DNA of 56,319 nucleotides, filler included, from Platydemus manokwari (Eukaryota): NCBI GenBank assembly GCA_037951405.1. It is 5 parts of 5 records of this genome, joined end to end, with 100 filler letters (N's around TTAATTAATTAA, not from the genome) between each part and the next. Parts side by side here need not be neighbours in the genome. Positions count along the whole stretch, not along the records: positions 35,174 to 47,221 come from JBBMOY010328891.1; positions 47,322 to 56,319 come from JBBMOY011316427.1; 3 more parts are not named here. One strand, 5' to 3'. Shown piece by piece: positions 38,841 to 49,900 of this stretch (position 1 is its first letter; each line of letters starts with the position of its first letter). The notes under the pieces were generated by a model. It saw only the letters and a program-made list of their open reading frames with translations, ran no database searches and was not told where the DNA came from. The position numbers and the translations under genes were made by a program.

Positions 38841-39387
38841 TTATGCGGGTTTGCATTTAAGATCTCGGGGTTGACAAACCCCACCACTAAAGCTGTAGAA
38901 TTTCACTTTACAATTAAAACATTTAGTCGTGCAGAATCTAATATGGCGCTTATCACATTTTTTCCAGAGAAACCATTTCAGATTTGTATTTTTCAATTTA
39001 TCATTAGCAAGTCCTATAACCAAAAATTAAATTTTATATTACCATTTAAACTCAATATTTCGCTTTATAACATTATTAAAGCTAATTTAAAATAGTGTAG
39101 CATCATATATTATTACAATGTATAGCATAGTAATTATACCATAGTAATTATCAATTAATTGAATTTCATTCTTAAAATGATGATTAATACATATTTTTAA
39201 AACAAATTCCAAAATGATATTTTTATTTAAAATTAAAATTAAAATTAAGAAAATTCTGATAAATCTTAGCTATATTAATTTTTTTGCTGTTACTCTTGAG
39301 TTCGTTGTCATTACGCGCTTCATATTGATGTAGACAGTATATAATGTAAATCATGAAATATGTTGAGATATAAAAAAATAGTTTCAT
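38841..39387 (-). CDS. Secreted Cys-rich cationic peptide precursor, 88 aa; exons 39387-39294 and 39013-38841
   Basis: Exon 1 MKLFFYISTYFMIYIIYCLHQYEARNDNELK+a, donor gtaaca, 280-bp intron, acceptor ttttggttatag. The phase-1 join creates KR, followed by LANDKLKNTNLKWFLWKKCDKRHIRFCTTKCFNCKVKFYSFSGGVCQPRDLKCKPA* (6 Cys). Minus-strand AATAAA at 38798-38793. Confidence 0.7.
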
Positions 39388-42300
39388 GATAAGATATTTT
39401 TTAAAATGATAATAACATTGCAAAATCGGATATTGTTTAAGTACAAATGAACGTAGGAAGAACAAGTAGGCCTTGAGACATTGTCTAGGATAGTTATGTG
39501 CTCATGGCTAATAAAACGTTTGATTACTTTGATTTTATTGAATGATTTTGCTTGAGTAGTTTTACTACACAATTTTATATTTAAAGCCAAAACAATGTAT
39601 TACTGTGTTTAACAGATATATCTGATTCAAAGAACTATTTATCATCTATGGATTAATGGTATAATTGAACTATGATATAAATAAACTGCGTAGGATATAA
39701 AAAATTGAAAACAATGATGAGCCAAGAATTCCGAAGAAGATTGAGGATATCAACACTGATATTTCGGTGTGCAGAAATCCAAAATCCAAAGTGATTTGAT
39801 ATGTAAAATCCCAATCTAAACAAAACAATCGAAAAACACTTATGCTATTCTTTAACTATTATATTTGATTGATTTGACTCCGGCTACTTTAAATTTGATT
39901 TACTTTTATTTCTAGTTTTACAGTTTTGATTATTTGATACAATTTGTACAGTTTTGACACGATTTTTCGAAAATGTTTATTTTTATTTCTTGTAAAAATT
40001 TAAAATATTATATATAAGCGTTAATTATTTTCGTAAGCATTAACAGGAAAATATTTCTTTTCCCCTTTATCACTAGTATAATTTGAATAGCCATTTGACG
40101 ATTATTTCACCTACTCGTGACATATTTAAGCAACCACAATTATCATATTTAAACTGAGTGTCAAGTATGGTAAGTCTATCGATGTCTTACCTTTATTAAC
40201 TATTCAGGATGGTATGCGAATGGAGAGCATTTCACAATGGTTTTTGAAAACAGTGTACGAATAACCTACAATTTCTGATATCCAAACGGTCAGTCTGCAA
40301 TGGGAAACCTCTACCGAAAGAAGAAGATTGATCCAGATAATTAGTTCTGTATTACTTACAAACATATGTGCATGATTTTTCTTTTGTGTACTTAATTATA
40401 ATTGTTTGGTTTTCCTATCAAAGAGTACAACTCATTTTAATTATATAAAATTCTGAATGGTTTTCACTTAAAATTTTTATTGATCGACACTGTTTTATAA
40501 TTAAGTTCCCAAAAATTCAATTGGAGATGGCTCAACAATGAGCAACCCATTTAAGCTTTTAGATTATTAATAAAAAATGATTTTAATGTATAATCATAGT
40601 AAGTATGGTTAATATTCTCTATCACTTTCAAATAAATTATTTATTCAATATCTCTTCGACGTTGACTAGCATTTGCCTCATTCAATGTGTGGAAATTTTT
40701 ACATCTTTTGCACCATAAATATAACGATTGTGGATCGAAAGCTATAAGCACCAAAACAATCAATATGTATCACTAGCCTCAACTTAAAGCTCTGTAATCA
40801 ATATCATTATATTATTTGATAATACATGGTTTATACTAGCTGTTATTATTCTATAAAATGGCCACCGAAAACTAATCGAAAGTCACAACACAAGAAAGTG
40901 TATTTAACCAAAGAATAAATTCACAACTTTACAGTCTCCTTCCTATCATTCTCTTAATGTAAAAGAAACTGTTGTTCGAATGTTAAATGATATCAGCGGT
41001 AATTTTAACTAAGGAAATAAGATACTTAATATATTATACAATTCTTGTAATTCGAGTTTATCAAATAATAATAAGTCTGTCTTAAATCGTGTTCGTTATT
41101 TGAAAATATGAGTTTGAGACAAACAAATATTCTCTGTAATCTATTAACTAATAATTATAAAAATATTAAGTTAAGAACTACTGTAACTTAACTGCTCGAT
41201 TATTACTCTCCTAATCTGACTTCTACTTAAATTCTGGTGCACAGTAAGTATAAACAAACATTTATTTCTGACTAAGATATATTTATTTTACATTTTACAC
41301 CACAAATAACGTTAAGGGAACACAAGTACCAGTAGGGTTACGCTAATAATATGAGGTACAAGTCCCGATACTTCTTCTGAATACCTTAGCTCAAAATCTA
41401 ATCATGGCTTATATAACACTAAAATACATTGCTGTACTCATTAGCTCACTGCTAATACCAAAAATACCTTCTAAAATACTTTTAATCCCGTACAACTACA
41501 CTTGTTTCTGGGTTAGTTACTTTACCCGAAACGTCTTACCTTTTGAAGTCTCTGGTTGAATGGACAAAAATAAAGAATTAGCTCATCCCTTATATACTTA
41601 TTTTAACCATACACATCCATTTTGTGTGTATCTTGTTGTTCATACATACTACATAGTGAACGTTCTATGTATTTATTTTAATTAGCGGAAATAGACGGTA
41701 ATTGTTATTGCAAATCACCATAACTATTTTGTTAAACTTATAAATTAATATTTAATTTAACATTTCAAATATTGTCTTTTTAATGTTACTTTTTAATTAA
41801 AGGTAATTTAATTCTATATTTTTGGATTTATGTTTTGGTTAATATCACTTAATATGAAATTGGCATTAACTTGTTTAATCTTTATTTTATCTTTCCTTTT
41901 TTTTATTTATTTTATACTGCTTATTTTTAAGCTCATTATTAATAATAGATTAATGACATATGAGACTTCCTATTGGTGATATATCATTGGAAACAGATAT
42001 TCCCTCACCTGTCAGGGACCTGCTTTTTCATCAAATACAATTTATCTTATACATTAATTTTAAATTCCTTACACTTTCACTAGAAAAATGATCAGAAATA
42101 GTGGACTTTATGTAATTCCTACACAATTCTTTCTTTAAAAATGAAATCATTTTTATTTGTGAGATCATGTAATAGCTTGTTCAATGAGTTCGCTGATATT
42201 TATCATCTGGATGTTTCATCACAATAAATACAAATCTTGATATCAAGCGAGTAATATCATTTTGTTAGAAACGATAAGAAAAACAACAATATTATGTTAT

Positions 42301-42594
42301 AATGTTATAATGTTGCCATATCTCTCTTCTTATCATTTTATTATTTGACAACATTCCGAATTCATTCGTTGAAAATTAAAATACAAAAATATAATATCAA
42401 TAATCATCGAACATCATCAATCTCAATATCAATATTTGACAACATTCTCCATCACCAAGTGTCACATTATTATTTATTTTTAATATTATTCAATGAGCCT
42501 TGTCCACATTTCTATACAAACATATACAAATATAGATGATTGATGATGTCACAATACATGTATATATATGTGAGAATATGGAAGAGATTGTGGT

Positions 42595-42600
42595 TATAAA
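42595..42600 (+). promoter_or_regulatory. Candidate TATA box of the plus-strand peptide gene
   Basis: TATAAA 35-40 bp upstream of the ATG at 42635. An acceptor-like tttctctttaag just before the ATG is an alternative explanation (5' UTR intron or trans-splice site). Confidence 0.35.
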
Positions 42601-42634
42601 TGCCTCTTCAACTATTTCTCTTTAAGGTTCAACG

Positions 42635-43229
42635 ATGAAAGCTGTTGTTCTAATATTTGTATTGATGGTGATTGTTCCTGTGCTTTGCGACAACAACGAA
42701 AATGAAGAAAATGTTGAGAATGAATTGAAAAATATCGATCAATTAGGTATGATGATAAATTTTTATGTGAATTACTATATCAATGATATTTAAAATTTAT
42801 TATCATCAGGAGAGATTTAATTTCGACAAATCATGGATTTAAACAAAGTCATTGATTTTTGAATATAATATTTACAGTAATAGAGGTGCTAGTATTAATA
42901 TATTTCTATCAATAATAATAATATTTATAACTAATAATAGAATAAGAGTTGTAATAATAATAACAATTATAATTATCAAACTGTAATGATGATAATTTAT
43001 TGTCCATTTTAAATTAATATTTGAAATTTCAGATGCCAATATAGAGGAAAGCAATTCGAAAAAAGGATGCAAACGACGTTGTGTTGCCTGGATTTGGAGA
43101 CTTATGTGCGTCGCTTATGGGTTTAGATGTAGATTTGGCTTTAGATTCCGGCGATGTTTCTATGGCTGCATCGGAGTTCGTTGGATAAAAGTGTGCAGGC
43201 GTTATCAACCAATTTGTGATGGAAAATAA
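42635..43229 (+). CDS. Secreted Cys/Arg-rich peptide prepro-precursor, 102 aa; exons 42635-42746 and 43033-43229
   Basis: Exon 1 MKAVVLIFVLMVIVPVLC-DNNENEENVENELKNIDQL+g, donor gtatga, 286-bp intron, acceptor tttcag. The phase-1 join gives DANIEESNSKK-GCKRRCVAWIWRLMCVAYGFRCRFGFRFRRCFYGCIGVRWIKVCRRYQPICDGK*. AATAAA at 43279-43284. Exon 2 is GC-elevated against its AT-rich flanks. Confidence 0.88.
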
Positions 43230-43300
43230 TCGACAAAAAAATGATTTTTTAAATTGATTTGAACTTTTTAATTTTACCAATAAATCTTTGTATAATAAAT

Positions 43301-43518
43301 NNNNNNNNNNNNNNNNNNNNNNNNNNNNNNNNNNNNNNNNNNNNNNNNNNNNNNNNNNNNNNNNNNNNNNNNNNNNNNNNNNNNNNNNNNNNNNNNNNNN
43401 NNNNNNNNNNNNNNNNNNNNNNNNNNNNNNNNNNNNNNNNNNNNNNNNNNNNNNNNNNNNNNNNNNNNNNNNNNNNNNNNNNNNNNNNNNNNNNNNNNNN
43501 NNNNNNNNNNNNNNNNNN
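43301..43518. other. Ordinary scaffold gap (218 N)
   Basis: Plain N run without the TTAATTAATTAA marker. Confidence 0.95.
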
Positions 43519-46199
43519 TAAATAACAAAAAAAATTAATAACAACATTTATTAATAACCGAACCACTCAAAGTTTATGAAGCCAAACATTATACGTATTT
43601 AATTAAAATAATGTTGCAGTGTTGATTTTGATTTATTTTATTAATTTTGTTAACAGTTAATGAATTATTCAAAGTTGCTTTCGCCTTAACTTGCTACTGG
43701 TTCTTAAGGGGCGTCGATAACGGGTAAGAAAACTACGCTATCGGAAAATTGGAAAATATCTAAAGGTACAGTCAAAGCGAATATACACCTAACTGACTTA
43801 AATTAATTACGATGAAAACACTTTGTTTGGTTGTTGTGCTTTAAATTTAATTGAGAGATTTATGTTTAAGGAAATTTGGTTAGCAATTAATGTTGTTTAG
43901 AATGCGGTGAGTGTAATATATCAGAGTGTATAATCAAAAATGCAATGACGCCAAATTTATCATCAACGTTAATGCTTCACAAAATGTCCTAGTCGAAAAA
44001 TTGATTCCTTTTCACTAACGGCTTTTGACACAGATCCTTTTTCGTAAAGTGTAAGAGTTACCGTAGTAGTTGTGGGTATTTCTGCTTCTCTATTTATACT
44101 GCGTTCCTCTTACTATTTTTGGGCAATGCGTCCGGGCTCCATTATTTTTTTTGTGTTATTGGATGTATTTAACGTACTATCTCTTGTTTTTAATGATATT
44201 ATTATTTTTTTAAATAATAAAATAATTGTACTTTTATTAATTATTTTTATTCAATTGCTTCTAAATAATTTTATATTTTACCTTGTTATATTATTCTACT
44301 TTATTTAATCTTTATTTTTAATTTTAATCTGTAATAACCTCCTCGTCCAGTCCGCTTTTTTTTGTAATATATAAAAATAAAAATCACCAAAATGAATAAC
44401 CAAAATTGTTACAACAAAAAATAAAATTGTTTTAACATTGTTAGTAGCGGCTACTTCACTAGCATTTGATGTTTCAACAATAGAAGTCATTATTACGATT
44501 TTCTTAATAAGTATTTAATTACATCACTTAATACAATTTTTTAAACGAATTATAATTCCGTTTCTAGAGAGTTTCATTATCAATCTTAATCAGGTATAGA
44601 TAAATATATTTTAATAATTTTCTAATTATTTTTTTTAAAACAATAAATTTTAAAACTCTATTTGTTATATTTAAAATTTATTATCTTAAACTGAAATTAA
44701 ATTTTTTTATTAAAATTATTATTTAAAATATTTTTTAAAGCCATTATTTAAAATTATTATTAGTTAACTTAAATTAATCCTCACAAACACCAAAGCAAAA
44801 TCAAAATTGTTTTAAAACAGGATAAAAACAGAATTGTTATAAAACTGTTTTAACAACAAAACAAATTCGACATGTCATTCTTTCTGCATCTTAATCTTCT
44901 CTTGGAGGCTGCTTTTGAGCTCTGTCCATATTCATGAGTTCTAACTGTTATAATTGTTATATACATGGGTGGTAATATGAGTGATTTTTTTGGGTGACTA
45001 AGGTGTTGTATTATTTATCTTATGTTAGGTTTGCGTTTAAGTTTGTGTTGGTGAGTGCTGTCAACATACGTAAGGAGTAGTGTGCGGATTGATGATAAAA
45101 TAAAACTTATTTAAAACGTTGAAAGAATGAAATTCCAATAATAATAATATTCAATAATAATAATAATAATATTCAAATTTATTTCAAAACTTTATATTTA
45201 GCTACTGTATGACGTAGTAGCACAAAATTAATTTACAAAACCAAAGCTATTTCATTTTATTAGCTTTCGATTTTCATAATACAATAAGGAAAATAAAAAA
45301 TAACAATCAAATGAACTTTTTTGTCATCCTGAGAATGTAGCTGTTATGAAGAGAAATACTGTAATTGGTCAAAGTTTCATTGCGTTATTAACAATAACTT
45401 CATCCAACAATTTTCCTCTGCTCTTCTGTTTATGTTTATCCACATTAAGCTTATGCATCATCTTAAATATTGGCCATTAATTATTATAATATTATTATAT
45501 TTAACCAAAACAAATCAAATTCTACACTTTAATAAAATAATTTCGTACAAAGTTCTAGGATTTTAAGCACAATGGTCAAAGAAATATCACAACCGAAAAG
45601 GGTTTAGCGAGCAAAAAATAAACCCAGATAAATTAAAGACAAGAAAATACTGGATATTTTTGCAAATACTTAACTCAAATTAAGAAAACGAGTCCTTTGA
45701 CCTATTTTCGTTGTTATTAGTTGTCGCGACTGAGGTAATAATAAAATTTAATTTATTCATATTTTTGAAAGATTTCATGCAAAAATTATTTTATGGTATA
45801 ATTACAGTTAAATGCTTTTCGGTGACTTTCAAAATAGTTTCGATGTTACCATGGTAATTATTTTACAACATCTTTAACAGTTGATATAAATTTTATAATA
45901 GAGAATCATTATCTGAGTGTATGACGGTACATATATGATGCATTATCTTAAATCAACTAAATAATAAAGGTTATAAGCACAAATAAGCACAAAACTAATG
46001 ACTTCACATTAAAATAACATTTCAGTGTAGAGATAATTTTAATGATTGAAACTTTGCGAAACATTCTACATCAACCTCTTCTACCGAAAGAACATGCCGT
46101 ATATGTATAGGAAAATCTTAAAATAAACTTTTATTATATCGGAAACTACTGTACATATAAAGCGACATTAGCCAAGGCACGAATTTGTATATAATAAAG

Positions 46200-47221
46200 G
46201 GGCGCATAAAAATTGTTTAAATTCAGTTCATCATCCAAAATAATGGTCTATTTTAACTTTCCAAAAATCAAAAATAATTGTTTTAGAGGAAATATTCTTG
46301 TGAAAATATATTTTCCATTTTTGTTAGTTAAATTATAAAAAGCTTTTCTTGTTTAGAAACTCTTATTATCCTTTTCATTATTTTCGTTAGTTGTATCAGG
46401 TATCCAAACAATTAATTCTCTTATTTCACCATCTGTTTTACCTAATAACTATAAAATTCATTAAACTAGATATTTCTCCAACACTTTCAAAATTTCCAAT
46501 TTCATATGTTCCTAATGTTAATCTCATTGAATTAAATTAATTTGGAAAAAAGTTATTTTCTGAAGTAATATTGTAAACAACTTTAACATTATTTTCTTTA
46601 ATTCAAATTCATTGAAATATCGAAGAAAACTGATGCAAAATATCTACGGGATTCAAGGTATGTCCGGATTCAAAAACAATACTATTGGATACATTTAAAT
46701 TATCTGCTGTAGAAGATGATGGATAAATAATATATAAATTTTCTTTTTTAATATAATGTTTAAATTTATAAATATTTCTTAAAAATATTTCTTATAAATA
46801 TTTATTGAAAAATACTTCTTTATTTATTATTTTAATTTGATTATTGATTATTTTAATTTTCCATCTTTAGTTATATACCCTAATTTATTTAATTTTATTA
46901 AAATACTATTTATCGAATTACAAACATTATTATTTCCCCTTTTTTAGCAACTTATGATTTCTTGATTCATAGAATAATTCTATTGGATTCACCAGAGGTG
47001 ATGACTTTAATTGATTATTATTTAATCCTGTTCCTGATGTACTAGGCTTATATTGAACCATTCTTGATGTATCCTGATTTGATAAAGCTTTTGCTTTTAA
47101 ATAATTGATGTATGAAAACTACTGATAATTAGATAGCTTTGCTGCATTTGTTTTCTCCAACATTTCAAAATAAGTTTGATTGTCTTCTTCACATTCATTT
47201 TTACTTTTATCCCCTAAAATG
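46200..47221 (-). mobile_element. Possible Polinton/Maverick relic
   Basis: Minus-strand stop-ridden fragments SGTGLNN...NPIELFYE...LLKKG...NSINSILIKLNKLGYIT, YNITSENNFF...LTLGTYEI and FTRIFPLKQLF resemble, from memory, a Polinton accessory ORF, a minor capsid and a major capsid segment. No TIR, polymerase or integrase is visible. Confidence 0.35.
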
Positions 47222-47321
47222 NNNNNNNNNNNNNNNNNNNNNNNNNNNNNNNNNNNNNNNNNNNNTTAATTAATTAANNNNNNNNNNNNNNNNNNNNNNN
47301 NNNNNNNNNNNNNNNNNNNNN
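47222..47321. other. Artificial contig-joining spacer
   Basis: 44 N + TTAATTAATTAA + 44 N. Confidence 0.95.
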
Positions 47322-47782
47322 TTCTCGCCTTTCGAGATAATCTACGGGCGGAAGATCAATGTTCATGCAGATGTGAGCCACGAGAATCAAACTCGAGATG
47401 ATATTGCAGCAGCAGCTAGAGGAAATTCTAAGGTGGCAGCCGACATAATGTCTAATCGAGACAGGGAAAAAGAACACATCGAGCTTTTCAGGTGGGAGAG
47501 AAGGTGCTGGTTCGCATAGATCCCCATAAGAGTAAAAAATGGATAGCAGTACGAAGGCCCCTATCGAATTACCGGATTCAAGTCAGACAGACAGGTGGAG
47601 ATTCAATTCTCTCATGTGACAAAATCCAGACGATTAGAGTGGCTGAAACGGTGGAACGGGTTTTAAGATGAGGTGAGTAACATGATTAAATAAATAAACA
47701 CGTGGTGTTTGTTTAAATAATTGATTGGCGGTTTAAATATAAATAAATAAATATTATGACGGAATGTGCTTATAACTTAACT
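47322..47782 (+). mobile_element. Ty3/Gypsy 3' end: integrase C-terminus, PPT and 3' LTR 47676-47782
   Basis: FQVGEKVLVR...(frameshift)YEGPYRI...RRLEWLKRW contains the GPY/F integrase-tail motif. A purine-rich aagatgaggtg precedes a 107-bp LTR AGTAAC...CTTAACT that is similar to the LTR at 36965-37078. Confidence 0.85.
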
Positions 47783-49900
47783 AGAAATAACCAATACTTT
47801 TTATTTAATTAATCCGAAACGTTGGTACAACTCTGTTTATTGATGAAGAACAGAGTTTTGAAGTACGTCAAGGTTAATGGTGGATAATTTGAGTATTGGT
47901 AAATAAAAATATTATTCGTTATTCAATACACTATTGTGGACATGTATAATATCTTTAGTAAACTGAATAAACGTTTTAACCTAAATTTTAGGTTTTGGTC
48001 ATAACTTGTGGCCCATATATGTGTGTTGACGTTGTTAACTAACTATTCGAGAACTAACTATTTGTACAGCATCAATTTAAAAAGTCTGTTATTACTTGTA
48101 GTTGTAGAAAATATATATCAAGCAAAATATATTAAGCAAATCGTTACAAATCAATGCGTTATCTGCACATTAATTGATCCTAAATTCGATTTTTCGTAAT
48201 TATTTGTGTAATATCTCGTTTATAATTGTGATATTTATTTTACTTTCGTCATTTTTCTGATGATGGTTTCATTGATTATAAAAGATACTTGTTAATAATT
48301 GATGTATGTTTTCTAACTTACTTTCTTTTAATTAACTTTAATTAATGATTTATTCAATTAACTATTCTAAACTTAATTAATTAATTAATTCACTCTACAC
48401 CGTTTTTTCATAAGATAAATTGGAAAATAAAGAAAAGTTATTTTTTAAAGTGAATTAAATTTCAGAGAATTTCAATTATTTCATTTTAATATTTTAATAT
48501 GAGGATTGGAACGAAAGAAAATAATATTTATTTATTCAATAAAGACAATACATAAATTGGAAATTTAAACAAAACATCAATCGTCTGTAAATCTAGAAAT
48601 TTTCAAAGTTTCTAAATTTACTTATATTGGTTAAATAAATATTATTTTCTATCGAACAAGACTTTCGTTCCAATCCTTTATGTTAAGGAAATGTGTCACG
48701 TACACTGAGAAAAATTTTCGAGTAAGAGATATTCAAGATGACAACGATACAACAATATTTACAGCTTATTCCTTTTAGAGCTAATTACATACATGTTATA
48801 CACACATCTTTTTATTTTTCTATAATTCGAGATTAAACTTCATATTGATTATAAAGTCACGTTTCATACACTCATTGTAGTCAGTTTTCAATTACTTATG
48901 TAAAAATTTGAATAGGAATTTGTAATCGCAATTATACGATCTTAAAATTGGAGTTATCAATGAAAGGAATAATTTTCTTATAACAAAAATACTTTGTTAA
49001 AAGACTTTATTTTCGATTTATGGTCAACATGAATCCATATGATAAATATTACACTTTCCTCGACAAATAATAACTTATTAAAATCTGAATATGAATATCT
49101 ATCTCCTTTCTTTAGACATGGGAAATTATTTGATCGATGTTTGCCGAAAATATTGTAAGAAATTAATATAATTTGGTTTATTCCTTATTTCGTGTTTAAA
49201 TAATAGTTAAAATTATTGGATTAACAACCTTTGGGTATTTGAATTTTAAAATAAACTGAAATACTTTATAATCATATGTTAAATTTTCTTGGGTTATTAA
49301 TCAACAATTGAGATCTGAAAATTTGTATTAAGCAATTCACAATAAAAATCACTCAAAATTGGGTCAGCGCCCGAAAGTCAAAAGCAGAATTAAGAGTAAT
49401 CAAAAGACTGATTACTAAAATTACACATAAGCTATGCACTGAAGTTACCTACCAACTTCTTTATAGTCCTATCGGGTGTGCCTGCTTGATATCACGGATC
49501 TTCGTTTTCCATTCGCTAAAATTGTTCGTGGATCGATTTACTTGAGATTTTCCTTACACCTCTCTTGCCATATTTGAGCTTTCTACCATTTGTATGTACA
49601 TGCCTGTCGATTCTTAGCTTATAAATATGGATTAACATTAGAACGAATCTGATTGGTTAACTGCACATATGTTTATCAGGTTTGTGTATATTGATTGTTT
49701 TTAGGGTTCTTTCCTTAGTTCTTGTGATCTTTTAATTGATTTGTGACATACCCTAAAATTTTTGTATTTTTTTATTACGAATATTTGTCATTTGAATTTT
49801 GTGTTTTTTTATTGACAAAATAACTCAATAAGATTCAAAATAAATAATCTATTTCTAAATTTTTAATTGCATTTTAAAATTGAATTCATTTTATTGACCG

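Noticed and set aside
40160-40335. Short GT-AG intron followed by a thrombospondin-type-1-like fragment (EWRAF...KQCTNNLQF...RSVCNG)
   Set aside because: Stops in all frames and weak similarity; cannot support a gene.
43029-43566. ORFs spanning the N gap (also 47274..47477)
   Set aside because: Artefacts of translating Ns. The real part of 43029..43547 is antisense to exon 2 of the peptide gene.
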